64,000 nucleotides of DNA from Heterodontus francisci (Eukaryota): contig NC_090395.1 in NCBI RefSeq assembly GCF_036365525.1, positions 65,683,326 to 65,747,325 on the forward strand, read 5' to 3'. Made by a program: the position numbers and the translations under genes. How positions within the stretch are numbered: the first letter of the stretch is position 1; every line of letters starts with the position of its first letter. Below, piece by piece: positions 38,786-52,186 of this stretch. A model generated the notes under the pieces. The model ran no database searches, had not been told where the DNA came from, and saw nothing but the letters and a program-made list of their open reading frames with translations.

Positions 38786-39619
38786 CTAAAAAAAGGGAAG
38801 AAATACAAAATCATTTGAAGGGAACGTGCTTGAAACATTTATCTCCTGTTTGCACTCTAATCTTAGTACATTGAACCAATGAAAAGCAGCAGAGCCAAGG
38901 GACTTCAGCTGGGAAGCTAATGTTTTTATGGAAGAAGGACAACTTTGTGATCATGACATAAAGATCAAATGAAGCAAAGTTCATTCAGGTGCCCAGACAG
39001 TATCACTGTAATGTTAAGCACAATTTTATAAGTGAGGACTTTCTAAAAGTGACTGGCCATCTGACGGAGGCACCGTCGTCTGGAGCCATGTAGCAATGGT
39101 AAGATGGCTCCTCAGGGAATGAGGATATTCAGAATAACATCATTCCACTGCTCTTATGTATCTTTTAATAGGCAATTGTTGAGCAGCTGGAAGTAGACAG
39201 TTTTCCCTCCCTCTCAGTTTGGGAACAATGTACTAAGGAGAAAATGACAGAGAATAAAACTTTTCTGTCAGTATCACTCCAGAACAGATAAGGTTAAAGA
39301 AAACCTGCAACGCTGCAGAGCAGCAAATGCAACTCCATGAGATTAGGTTCGTGGTGAAGTAATCAAGGTGAATAATGAAAGCAGCACCATCTGAGGGGCA
39401 GCAAACTGGAAAGGCTTACTTTCTGTTCATATTTACCAACAACATAAATATCATATTCGTTAGGAAGCTAACACAACAGCATGATATAAACCCAGTCACC
39501 ATTTCCATTCTGATGAATAATAGTTTGAAATAGTAGATGATTGTAAATCCTTTTGCAGGACACTCAACCATTTATTCTCATGTGAAAGCAATGAAAACAC
39601 AGAAATGAGAACTATATAC

Positions 39620-39725
39620 CTTTGACTGATGGATGTAGATGGTTCATCAGTACTTCTACAACATGTAGTTGTTCTTGATGTTGTCCTTGATGTTGTTGAA
39701 GAAATTTCACAAGAATATTCAGGTC
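39620..39725 (-). CDS. Ser/Thr-rich stalk exon (PEYSCEISSTTSRTTSRTTTCCRSTDEPSTSISQ)
   Basis: CAATAG|GA acceptor (phase 1, matching the C2 donor); AG|GTAT donor (phase 2, matching the TM exon). Confidence 0.7.
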
Positions 39726-39995
39726 CTATTGAGACAAGGGGATAACATTCAGATGCAACCTGATTCTCACTTGTCGGCAACCCTAAACAAATGGAACCTC
39801 AGTACTTGAGGAAAAGTCTGGGTGATGTCATGGATTTTGATGATTTAATTTCGGTGTAATTTCCCCCTCTTTGTTAGCAAGGAGAGATGCAGCAGACACC
39901 TGGCAGTGGTTACATTAGAGAGGTGGTGGTACAGAGTTACTGTTGGGAAGTTAAAGGGCTCAGGATTGTGGGACCACAATCCAGATATTACCTTT

Positions 39996-40913
39996 TGTTA
40001 TGACCAGGTGAGAAAGGTATCTAAGGGTCTTTTACTGTCTTCACCTGGTCTTATTGTAAGAAGGTTTAATTTTTACACACACTGTGTTTTGAGCTCCCCT
40101 TTGGTGAATCATTGTTCAACACTTTCCAATTATCAAGCAAAGAAATGAACACAAACAGGCTTTCTTAGGTTGAAAGAAGAAAAGTGAAATTTATTAAACC
40201 ATAAACTTAAACTCTAATGCGGTTAATGCCTATGGATATACGACGTGCCCACACAAGCATGCACATGCAATACACAATTGCAAACAGGGACAGAAAAGAG
40301 CAGAAGAAAAAATAAAGTAGACAGGTTTGAGGCAGTCTCTAAAGGGGTTTCTTGTTACTGTTTCTGTGTTTCCAGCTCGCCGTAGAATCCTTGATTTTAG
40401 ACAGCTCTTACTTTTCGTTGGGGCCCAGTATTCGTCTTAAACCTTGTTCACTGTAGGAGACTTTTCTCTCTTGGGGTGCCTATGTCTTCAATGGTTTTTG
40501 AAGCTGGTGAGGGTGAGATGAGAGCAGACAGGAGTGAGGTCTTTTCTAGTCCAGGAGTAAACAGCTTTCTAAGCTTTTTTCTCTGAGACAAGGTCAAAAT
40601 TCAAAAAATTCCAACAGTCAGTTAGTCATGTGACTAAACTGGCCTGACCTGTTTGTGTATTCAGCCATCTTAGCAGTTAACCTGGAATGCTTCAACGTCT
40701 GGTAATCAAAAGTCCATTTTGGATTAAATTGGAGCAGGGAATAGCTCCTTTGTCCTTTGAAGGACTGTCTGTTGACATGCTAATATCTCTCTCCAGCCAA
40801 AGTCTCCAGTTGTTTGTTTAAAGCAAGTTCTTTCTTCACCAACAACTGTTTCAAATCAATGTTCATGTGGTGAAATTATGTGTGTCATAGTCTTGTGGGG
40901 GGCCTGCATGGCA
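39996..40913 (-). mobile_element. Solo LTR related to 44901-45816
   Basis: Reverse complement starts TGCCATGCAGGCCCCC and ends GGTCATAACA; flanks CCTTT/TCTTT. Confidence 0.8.
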
Positions 40914-41454
40914 TCTTTTATGCCCCATGCAAACATAATGAGTGGACGTAATTAGTCGCAATTTATCTTATCAAAGCCCCTAATAATTTTAAATCCCTTC
41001 AGCAGATCATTTACCTCTGTTCTGATGTTTCTCTCCTCATAAATCAAAAGCCTCAACATGTTATCATTTCAGATCAACTCTTCCATTCTCTATCCCTGAA
41101 ATTCTTCTGAAACTAGCACAGAACAATTGGAGGTTGTATTTCCCAATTCCATCTGCTAGAAACAGGCATATTGGTTTCTGATGTTTCAGTCAATCAAATT
41201 CCATTGTAATTTCATGGGATAACTGAGTTTCTGCAACATTTACACATGATTTGGAGATATTTTATAATTCTGCCAATTTTCCAGGAAAAATGCAGATCAG
41301 TGTCCTTGTTCATAACCAGTGAGGGGCCAAATAGAATGAATTTGGCCAATTGCACTTTCTCAGAGAGACTGAAGGAATTTAACCAGTGACCAATTTGGAT
41401 AGACTTTAGTTAAAAAATTCATTAGCAATATTGCTTGTTAACTTTAATTCTTAC

Positions 41455-41776
41455 CAATGCTGCTGATTTGTGTCACATAACTGCAGTTCATCCCTGATCT
41501 GTTAATGTCTGACACGTGAACCATTTCACTGGATTTTTTCCCTGATTATTTGAGGCTGTGCAGTAATATTGATGATGTTGCTGTGTGAAGGATTGACAAT
41601 GTGGATCCAGTTTATTGGTGTCAGAGATCTTTGAATCTTCAGACGGGATCTTTTCATATCATGTGTACTGAATGGGAAGGAATCCCTGGACAGACTCACA
41701 GGAGGCGGATACTGAGCCCTCAAAACATGAGACATTGGTGGTGATAAAAATCTAAGTACAGGAACTGACACGGATT
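41455..41776 (-). pseudogene. Copy B second C2-type exon, frameshifted
   Basis: 322 nt vs 324 nt; 1-bp deletions near 41735 and 41537; TGG>TGA; splice sites retained. Confidence 0.85.
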
Positions 41777-44700
41777 CTGTGGGAAAGAAACAAACATTCG
41801 GATAATGACTCAACATCTAAAAATCATATACTCTCCAATTATCAGCACACTGTACCTCAGCCATGCTGGAATCTCACCAGTACATCTACCTCTCCATATC
41901 TCTCCATCCTCCTAGCAGCCTGAGCTACCATGTGTACCATTGTATCAGAATATAGCAGAGCTGAAGATCAGGACAGCAGCAATGATACTGAGGATGTGTC
42001 AACATGAAAATCAAGGCTATCCATTTCAATAGCTGGTAGCCAACCTCCTATGTTGTTTGATTGTTTGATTGTCGCATGTGAACTAATTGGAGAGAGTCTT
42101 AGATAAACACAGCAGAAAATGAGGCCAAAAATTTGACTGACATCTGTTACAGGTTTTGTGGCTTTAGATAGGGAGTATAATTGTGATTGACTTTGTTTAA
42201 CTGCAGCTAAACATTTCTGGGGAGTCAGGGAGGGAATGTGTGCACAGCCCAAAAACCTGGAAATACTGGGGAAGTGGTGGTACTCTTGCCAGTGATGCTC
42301 AAATCCTATGAATGAATTAAAAAAATGGGGTGCAGGCAGTACCACACAACAGAGTTTATCCTAACCTCTCTGAACAGCAGTACCTCTGAAGGCTGAGGTT
42401 GTCATGTAAGATGGTGTCAGACATCTGCAGCCTCCTATAGGAAGACCTGCTGCATGCTGGATCTGGTGGTGTAAGGTTTAAGGTTAAGCCCAGAAACTAC
42501 AGATCAGTCAGTTTAACCTCAGTGGTGGGAAAGTTTTTAGAAACGATAATCTGGGACAACATTAACAGTCACCTGGACAAATATGGATTAATTAAGGAAC
42601 TCCAGCAGATATTTGATAAAGGCAAATCATGTTTAACTAATTTTAGTGATATTTTGATGAGGTAACAGAGAAGGTTGATGTGCTCTTCATGGACGTCCAA
42701 AAGGCACTTGATATGGCTTGTCAGCAAGGTTAAAGCCCATGGAATAAAGCGGACAGTGGCAGCATGGATATGAAGTTGGCTAAATGACAGGAAACAAAGA
42801 ATAGTGGTGAACAGTTATTTTTTGCACTGGAGGAAGGTATATATACTGGAGTGCCCCAGGAATTGGTATTAGGACCATTGCTTTCATGATCCACATTAAT
42901 GTCTTGGACATGTGTGTAAAGAACACAACTTCAAAATTTTCAAGTGACACAAAACTTGGAAGTATAGTGAACTGTGAGGAGGATAAGGGGCTTAAGATCA
43001 CGATGGTCTTTGGCATGCGGGCCGCCATTTTTTGAACCAAGATTGGCGGCGGTCTCTTAAAACCCAGCGCAGAGTCTGTGGATGGAGTCTATGTGATTGT
43101 GCACCTGTACTCACCTTTCCTGACTGTTTAGGTCATTAATGTGTATCTGCACTGAACACAGGAACATAGTATGAGCCCCTGCTGCTGACCTCAAGCATGT
43201 TGAATTGATGCCAGCAGCAAGTGAAAGATGATCATGTGTATAGTTATCAATTAAAATGTTCTTACTGCGACATTTCTAATTCATGTCTTTGCTCCCCCAC
43301 AGGGCATTCAAGAGTCCACAGGAGGTGCTCTAGGAAGACAAATCCCCAGAGGAGGTCACTCCCTCTGAGGGTGAACAGTCACAGCACTCACCCAGACCGT
43401 GCATCAGCTCAGATCCTCACACTGTGGTGGGACCATGGAATAAAAGGAGAGTGGCAGCATGGATAAGAAATTGATTAAATGACAGGAAACAGAGTGGAAT
43501 AAAGGGTTCTTTTTCAGACTGGAGGAAGGTATACAGTGATGATCCTCAGCGGGTGGTACTAGAACCAATGCTTTTCTTGATCTATGTTAATGACTTGGAC
43601 ATGGGTGTAAAGAGCACAATTTCAAAATTTGCAAATGCCACAAGACTTGTGAACTGTGAGGAGGATAGTGATAAACTTCAAGTGGACCTAGAGAGGTTGG
43701 TGGAATGAGCAACACGAGGCAGATGAAATTTAATACAGAGAGGTGTGAAGTGATACATTTTGGTAGGAAGAACTAGGAGAGGCAATATAAAATAAAAGAT
43801 ACAATTCTAAAGAGATGCAGGAGCAGAGGGACCTTGGGTTCGATGTGCACAAATCATTGAAGGTGGGAGAGCAGATTGAGCAACCAGATAATATGTATAT
43901 GAGATTGTTGGCTTTATAAATAGAGGCATAGAGTACAAATGCAAGGAAGTTATAGTGAACCTTTATTAAAACACTGGTTCAGCTGCAACTGGAATATTCT
44001 GTCTAATTCTAGGCACCACACTATAGGAAGGATTAGAGAAGGGTTCAGAAAAAATGTATGAGAATAATCCCAGGGATGAAGGATTCCAGTTACATGGCTA
44101 GATTGGTGAAGTTGGGCTGTTCTCCTTAGAGAAAAGAAGGTTGAGCGGAGATTTGATAGAGGTCTTCAAAATCATGATGGATCTGGACAGAGTACATTGG
44201 AAGATACTCAACACTATCCAGGATAAAGCAACTTGTTTGACTGACACCTAATCCACCATCTTAAACAAGGTGATCCTTCATACCAATGCTATAATGGATC
44301 AGTGCACTACAACAGGTAGTTTGATGAGAACGATGTCAAGTAGGATTTTCCCTTGTGTTGGTTCTCTCACCAACTTCCTCATACCCAATCAGGCAGCTAT
44401 GTCCTTCGGAATTTAACCAGCTCAGTTAACAGTGGTACTACCACTTTAGGTGATGAACATTGAAGTTCTCTCGCTCAGAGTACTTTCAGTGTCCTTGTTA
44501 TATTCAGTGATTCTTCCAAGTGGTGTTCAACATGGATGACTTCTTATTCCTTGATAGAGGGTGGTAGGTGACAATTAGCAGAAGATTCCTTTGCCCATGT
44601 TTGGCCTGTTGCTTTAAGACTTCATGTGGTCCGCAGTGAATGTTGAGGACTCTCGGGCCAGTCTCTCCTGAGTGTATACTCCAATTCCGTTGCCTCTGGT

Positions 44701-44900
44701 GGATCAATCCTGTCATTGGTTCAGAACATTCTCAGGGATAGTGATCCAGAAGTCTGGAACATTAGCTGAAACGTATGATTCTGTGAGTGTCACAATGTCA
44801 GGCTGTTGCTTGACTGGGTCTGTGGGACAACTCTCCTAATTTTGGAAAAGTCCCCAGATGTTCATGAAGAGGGCTTTGCAGTGTCGCCTTGGTTGAGTAC

Positions 44901-47139
44901 TGTCATGCAGGCCCCCACCTGCCAGGAATGAAGCACGTTGGTTTTGTCATACGAACATTGATTTTGAACTGTTGCTGGAGCAAGGAAATGACTTCTTGTT
45001 CAGATCAGCCGTGGCTGGAAAGAACATTTGCATAGTAACAGATGATGCTTATGTAGAGAAAGGAGCAGCCCCTGACACATTCAACCCACAATGGATGCTG
45101 ATCACCGGACAGTGAGGAGGTGGGGAAGCGCATTCTAGGGGCTACTGGGACGATGCAATCCACAGGGGCCAGGACTGGTTGGACTAGCTGGTCACATGAC
45201 TAACTGGCTGTTCCAGGGTTTTTTGAAGTAGCCACAGAGAGTTTGAACTCAGAAAGATTGTTTTCTCCTGGACTGAGAAGATTTCTGCTGTCTGCTCCCA
45301 TCTTTTTCTCACGGAACTCCAAATCCACTGAAGACACATAAACCCCAACAGAGAAACGTCTCCAACAGCAAACAAGGTTTAAAAAGAATACTGGACCCCA
45401 ACGAAGAGCAAGATCTACCAACAATCAAGGACTCTACAGTGAGCTCAAAGAACCGTAACAAAAACTGTCTTCAGAGATTGCCTCAAACTTTTCCACTTTA
45501 TTTTCTTCTGCTCTTTTCTGTCTCTATCTGCATGTGTATATTGCGTATGCATGCTAGCTTGGGCGTGTCGTGTATCGTAGCTGTTAACTGAATTAGAGCT
45601 TAAGTTTAAGTTTAGTAAATTTCAACCTTTCTTCTTTAAGCCTAAGAAAACCTGTTGGTGCTGGTTTCTTTGCCTTATTATTGGAAGTTAGTGAACAAGG
45701 ATTCACTAAGGGGGGAGCTAAAAAAACCCAGTGTGTTTAAAATTAAACCCTGTTACGACAAGACCAGGTAAAGGCTGAGAGGGAAACCTAGAACCCTTTC
45801 TCCTCAGGCGGTAACAGAAATTTGGGGGCTCATCCGGGAATTTACCCACAGACAACCAAGGGAAATTGGAACTGGGAAGCCAAATTGTTCCCAATCAAAA
45901 AACAGCAAGATTTAAATAACATGTCTGCAACTGAATCTAGTAACTCCCCAAGCCAGGGTGAAGTGACTTGGGATAAGTTAAAAGCACATACGGAGGAGCT
46001 GAGAAAAATGGCTGAGGAGTGTAGGATCACGGTACGTGACAAGGCTAGGAAGTCTGAACTCCGAAGACTAGAGGCCAACCATTTATCCCTTGAATCTGAA
46101 GAAGCAGAAACAGGGCTAGAAGCAGACTCTGACTGGGTATTGTTAGCAAAGAAACAATTGGAACAGAGGAAACTTGAATTTGAGGTAAGGGTTAGAGAAA
46201 GAGAGAGGCAGGAGAGGGAGAAAGAAAGAGCCTTCCAGAAGGAACATAAGAGAGAGAAAGACAAGAGAAGGAACAGGAAAGAGAGGAGAGAGAGAGAGAA
46301 AGAACATTCTGGAAAGAATGCGAAGAAAGAGAGCTGAAGCAGCTTGAGTTAATGAGGGGGCGACAGAGTAACACCAGTGAAAGCACATCTAATATGGAGG
46401 AGCGTAATTCAGGGCTAGGTACAGAATTGTTAAACCTAGCTCAACTAACCCCAAACAAATGAGGAAGATGTAGAAGGTTTTTTTGTGTTCTTTGAGAAAC
46501 TGGCAAGGCAGTTAAAATGGCCAGCAGAGACCTGGCCTCTTTTACTACAAAGCAAGCTAACCAGAAAAGCCCATGAGGTATATTCCCTGTTGTCAGATGA
46601 GAGTTCATCAAATTATGAACTGACCAAAAATGCTATCCTCGGGGCGTATGAAGTAGTACCCGAAGCCTATCGCCAAAAGTTTAAGTCCTCAAAAAGCAAG
46701 CTAATCAAACTTATCTGGAGTTTGAAAGAAGCAAGCTGGCTTTTGTCCTGGGAGAGAAAGGAAATCAGGAGACACAGGGGGCCCTCCTCTAGCCAAAAAG
46801 GAAAGTGCTGTGAACAAGAGTGAGGCCCAGAGACCTGTGTGCTTCCATTGTAATAAAGCAGGGCATTTAAAAGCTGACTGCTGGAAACTAAAGGGAAAAC
46901 CGGTAGGGTTAATCAGGGCACACCCACTCAGTGAAGACGGAACCCTGATGGAAAGCACAGCAGAACAAGCTGTGGCTTTAACTGCAGTAAGAGTGAGACC
47001 CAGGAAGCTTATGGCTGTAAGTGCAAGAAAAGCTAATAAGATTCCTGAAGGTTATAGGGGTATTGTGTTTGAAAGAAAAGTAACCCCATACCCCAAGAGT
47101 GGGGCAAGCAAGCTCATAGTAACTCTCCGGGTCATAACA
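44901..47139 (+). mobile_element. Gypsy element with 5' LTR (44901-45816), gag remnant and large internal deletion; copy B only
   Basis: TGTCA..GTAACA LTR; CFHCNKAGHLKADC; ends in GGTCATAACA; empty site in copy A at about 2185. Confidence 0.85.
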
Positions 47140-47805
47140 ATATGCTTTAGTCATACCTTGTACTTAGGTGGAAACAGGATGGTCCATCCAGTTATATACT
47201 TCTTAGACTTTCTCACAGCCATTTGCAACTGAATGGCATGCAAGGCCGTTTCAGAGGGCAGTTAAGAGTCAACCACATGGCTGTGAATCCAGAGTCACTC
47301 ACAGGCCATACCAGGTAACAACAGCTGATTTCCCTCCCTAAAGGGCATTAAAGCAGTTGGGTTTTGATGAAAATCCGATGCTTTCATGGTCACATGGCTG
47401 ATATTAGATTTTTAATTCCAGATTTTTTTAATTAATTGAATTTAAATTCCCCAGCAGTCTGTGGAATTTGAACTCTTGTCTCTGGGTCATTAATCCAGGC
47501 CTTTGAATTACTAAGGGATATGGGGATAGTGTGGGAAAATGTCATTGAGGCACAAGATCAACCATGGTCCAGTTGCATAGTGGAGCAGGCTCTAGGGGCC
47601 AAATGGCCTATTCCTGCTCCTATTTCCTATGCTCCAATGTTGCGATGTAACATGACTACTATGGTATGTGACCTCTGCCAACTACCTGACAGACTCTGCA
47701 CTGCTGTGGAGCCTCGGGATATTGGAGCTGTCATGTTTCTCCCAGAAAAAACATTGACCAGACATTTCAGTAAAGAGTAATAAAGTAAATCACTGAGAAA
47801 TGTAC

Positions 47806-48108
47806 TGTAAGATATTTGTAGTTCTACAGCAAACACTAGATCAAGGCCAGGTAGTTCAATACCACAGTTGTACCATCCTGCATCTGCTGAACGAAGATCA
47901 TTCATAATAACAACAAATATTCCTTGTGTCTTGCTATCAGTAATTGATATTATTCCTTGATGTCCATCTTGCTCATTTGTTTTTATGAAAACTGAACTCT
48001 GGTTGCTCCAATATTTTATGTATGACTGATACCATTTGCCACAGTCACAATCTATTGTGATCGCTCTTCCCAAAACTCCTGTTACTTTCTTTTTTGCACA
48101 CAATGCAC
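47806..48108 (-). CDS. Copy B V2 exon, open frame, 303 nt
   Basis: Homologous to 2815-3117; donor A|GTACAT; extra Cys (IDCDC). Confidence 0.83.
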
Positions 48109-48909
48109 CTGAAACTGAGGAGACAACATTTCAGAATTGAACAAGAATAACTGTTGAACACAAACAGATACATTTTTATAAGTGTTACCACTGTGTACTG
48201 AGGAATCTTGCCACAATATTGATTATTACATTGAATTCCTTCTACTTTGTGATGAAGGAAAACATTAAAATTGTGCCTATCACGGCCTCAGGATGTGCCA
48301 ATGATTTATTTTTGATATAAAGCATAGTCAGCTTTGCTATTGCGTCAGTTGTGGCTCAGTGTTAATGCTCACATCTCTGGTGTTAGTAGATTGTGTGTCC
48401 ACTCCGAAGACCTGTGCTCATAATCTAAGCTGGCACTCAACGCTGCAAGACTGAGGGAGTGCTGCACTGTTGGCGGTACTATCTTTCAAATGAGATATTA
48501 ACCTGAGACATGTCTGCCCTCTTGGTTGGATGTAAAAGCTCACATGGCACTAATTCGAAGAACAAGGGATTACTCCCCAGAGTCCTGACGAACATTTATC
48601 CCTCAACCAACAACTTCCAGACAACAGATTATGTGATCGTTATAACTTTGCTGTTTGTGGGAATTTGCTGTTTGTAAATTGGCTGCTGAGCTTTCTACAA
48701 CAGTGGCAGAAATTCAGATAAATAATTGGATGAGCAGCACTTTAGAACTTCCTGAAGTTGTGAAAGGCATGAATCAAATGCAATTCCATATTGTTCCTAA
48801 TTTCTTAGAGGGACTGAAGATACATGATCAGTGTCAGTTTGGATAGAGATTAAACAAATTCATTAATTAAACGCATTTTTTTGGTTTCAATTTATCACTT
48901 AACTATCAC

Positions 48910-49230
48910 CAATGCTGCTGATTTGTGTCAGATAACTGCAGTTCGTTCCCGATCTGTTGAAGAGTGACACATGAACCATTTCACTGAATTTTTCTCCCTG
49001 ATTATTTGAGAATGTGCAGTAATATTGATGTTGCTGCTTGAAGGATTGACAATGTAGATCCAGTTTATTGGTGTCAAAGAGCTTTAAATCTTCAAATGGG
49101 GTCTTCTCACGCCATGCGTACTGAATGGGAAGGGATCCCCAGACAGACTCACAGGAGATGGACACTGAGCCCCCAGAACATGAGAGATTTGGTGGTACTA
49201 AAAATCTAAGTACAGGAACAGACACAGATT
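48910..49230 (-). CDS. Copy B first C2-type Ig exon, open frame, 321 nt
   Basis: Acceptor CCCACAG|AA, donor G|GTGATA; homologous to 6719-7042. Confidence 0.85.
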
Positions 49231-51518
49231 CTGTGGGAAAGAAACAAACATTCTGATACTGACTGAACATCTAAAAATCAAATACTCTCCAATTTTCAGC
49301 ACTTCTGTATCTAAACCAGGGCCTGTCATGTTGGAATCTGTCTAGCACATGTACCTCTCCATATTTCTCCATCTTCCTCATAGCCTGAACTACCATGTCT
49401 ACCATTGTATCAGAACATAGCAGCGCTGCAGATCAGGACAGCAGCAATGATACTGAGGATGTGGCTAACAATCAGGTGAACAATTTCTCAGGTAACCAGC
49501 CTCCAATGCTGTTTCAATATTTGACTCTTGAAAGTGAATGAGTTGGAAAGAGTCCTAGAAAAGCACAGCAGAAAATGAGGGCAAAGAATGGGAAGTTATC
49601 TGTTACAAGTTGTGTGGCTTTAGATAGAGAGTGCAATTGCAATTAGTTTAATTTAACTGCAGCTGGAAAGAAATCCTTTGGCCCTGAAATTTATGGGGTA
49701 TGGGGAGGGAGTATGTGGTCAGGAAACCCAGAAATGCTGGGGAGGTGGAGGTTGTCCCAAACGTAATGGCAGAACCTCACCAGAATTCATTTTCTCCATT
49801 TCTTGCCCAGCACTGAGCCAGATTGAGAACTGATCAGCTGCCGAGTGTGAAAACCTGCTGTGGAAGGTTGGGGGAGTGGGGGGTTGCGAGGATTTGGAAT
49901 GTGGCAGCAAGGAGGGAAAGAGGGAAGGAGAGATCGCTGTGGGTTTGACCAATTGCAGTGTGGGACAGATTGCAGCAGGTGGTTTGTTTGGGGGCTGGGG
50001 TGAAGCTCTCCTGCTCCTTCTGGCCCACAAGCAGTGCTGGAAAAACATTTACCTGCTGTTCCTGAGGAGGATATTTTTTCACCCAGAGAGATGTCGCGGT
50101 CTGGAACTCACTGCCTGAAAGAGTAGTAGAGACAGAAACAATCATCACATTTAAAAACACTTGGATATGCACTTGAAGTGCCGTAACCTACGGGCATGAA
50201 CCAAGAGCTGGAAAGGGGAATTAGACAGAATAGCTCTTTCTCAGCCACCATGGACATGATGGGCCGAATGCCCTCCTACTGGTCCTTAAATCTTTCCATG
50301 TTTCTATGTTTAAATAGAAGGATGGGTGCATGTGAAAGTTAACTGGGCATAGGGAGTGATCTGATGCTGTGGGTTTGACAAGATCAAGTGTGGGGAATGG
50401 AATCTATGTGTTTCATTACCTGTAATGACCTTTAGGTCATTAATATGTATTACTGAAAATGTTCTTACTGCAACATTTCTAATTCATGTCTTTATTCTTC
50501 CACAGGGCCTTCAAGTGCCTCACAGGAGGTGCTATAGGAAGACGAATCCCAAGAGGAGGTCACGCCGTCTGAGGGTGAACAGTCACAGCACTCATACAGA
50601 CCGTGCCACAAAACTTGGAACTCTAGTGACCTATGAGGGAAATAGTGTTAGACTTGAAGAGGACATAGACAGGCTGGTGGAATGGGCGGACATGTGGCCT
50701 ATACAACGTAATGCAGAGAAGTGGCAAGTAATTCACTTTGGTAGGAAGAATAAGCCAAGACAATAGAAACAAAAATGATGCAATTCTGAAGTGGGTGCAA
50801 GAACTGAGAGTCCTGGGGGTTTACGTGCATAAATTGTTGAAGGTGACAGGGCAGATTGAGAAAGTGCTTAAAAAGGCATATGGGACCCTTTGCTTTATAA
50901 ATAAGGGCACAGAGTACAATAGCAAGACAGTTATGATGAACCTTTATAAAATACATGTTCAGCCTCAACTGGAGTATTGTGTCCAATTCCGGACACCGTA
51001 CTTTAGGAAGGATGTGAAGGCTTTTGAGAGGGTGCAGAAAAGAATTGCAGGAATGATTCCAGGGATGAGGGAGTTCAGCTACTTGGATAGATTGGAGAAG
51101 CCGGGGTTGTTCTACTTGGAGAAGAGAGGTTGCGAGGCAATTTGATGGATGTGTTCAAAATCATGAGAAGTCTAGACAGAGTAGATAGAAAGAAACTATT
51201 CTCATTGGCGGAAGGGTCAAGATTCAAAGGTCATAGATTTAAAGTGATTGGCAAAAGAACCAAATGGCGACACGAGGAAAAATGTCTTTATGTAGTAAGT
51301 GGTTATGATCTGGAATGCACCGCCTGAAAGGGTGGTGGAGGAAGATTCAATCATGCCTTTCAAATGGGAATTGCATAGGCACTCAAAGGAAAAAGTCTGC
51401 AGGGCTACAGGAAAAGGGTGAGGAAGAGGGACTAACTAAGTTGCATTTACAGAGTGTTGACATGGGCTTAACAAACAGAATGGCCTCCTTCAGTGGCATA
51501 ACCATTCTATGTTTCTAT

Positions 51519-52186
51519 GGGCTGGATTTTATGGGCTCCCCAAGGCAGGGTCAGAGGTGGAGTGTCCCATAGAATAGCAACAGGTGGCGGGGGGTAGAAG
51601 GCCCATCGCCTCCCTATCACCAGGAAATTTTTCCAGGGTTGGGATAGGTTGACAGTGGCCTTACCGCCAAAGGCCAATTGAGGCCATTAAGTGGCCAATT
51701 AAGTGCCTCTTCCCACCAACACTGGGTTCTAATGAGCGACAGGATGGGGCGGGGGGGGCCTACGCCAAGTGGGGAGGGTGCCTTGTAAAATGAGGCCTTG
51801 TGGGGGCAGTCCCTTCTTCATGGGCCATCGATGACCCACAGAGGACCTCCGCAGGCAAAACCTATAACTCCATGGCCCACCTACCCTGGACTTAGTGCCC
51901 ACCCTCCCACCCCACCCTGGGCCTGGGTCCAAGGGCTCTGCAGTATGGGCAGTGGCCATCTTTCCTGGTGGTGCTGCTGCTACTGCTGAGTTGCCAGTCC
52001 CATGACTGTCCGGCAGCTCTTGGAGCAGGATCCCCGTCTTTGAAGGGATGGGGATTCCGGTGCGGGATGCATGGGCATTAAAAGAGCGGAGGATCGCTCT
52101 GGGAGGATATGAAAGGCCATCGTAGGGCTCCCTCTGCCTTCTCAGCCTGGCTCCAGGAGCTCTGCCTCCTCCACAAAATCCAGCCC
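51519..52186. mobile_element. Non-autonomous Harbinger-like MITE, TIR GGGCTGGATTTT, 3-bp TSD TAT; paralog 9450-12565
   Basis: TAT|GGGCTGGATTTT...AAAATCCAGCCC|TAT. Confidence 0.8.

Noticed and set aside
39496-39619. YIVLISVFSLL as the TM segment
   Set aside because: Too short and lies after a GT donor; a better TM exon in the matching phase exists at 38695-38785.
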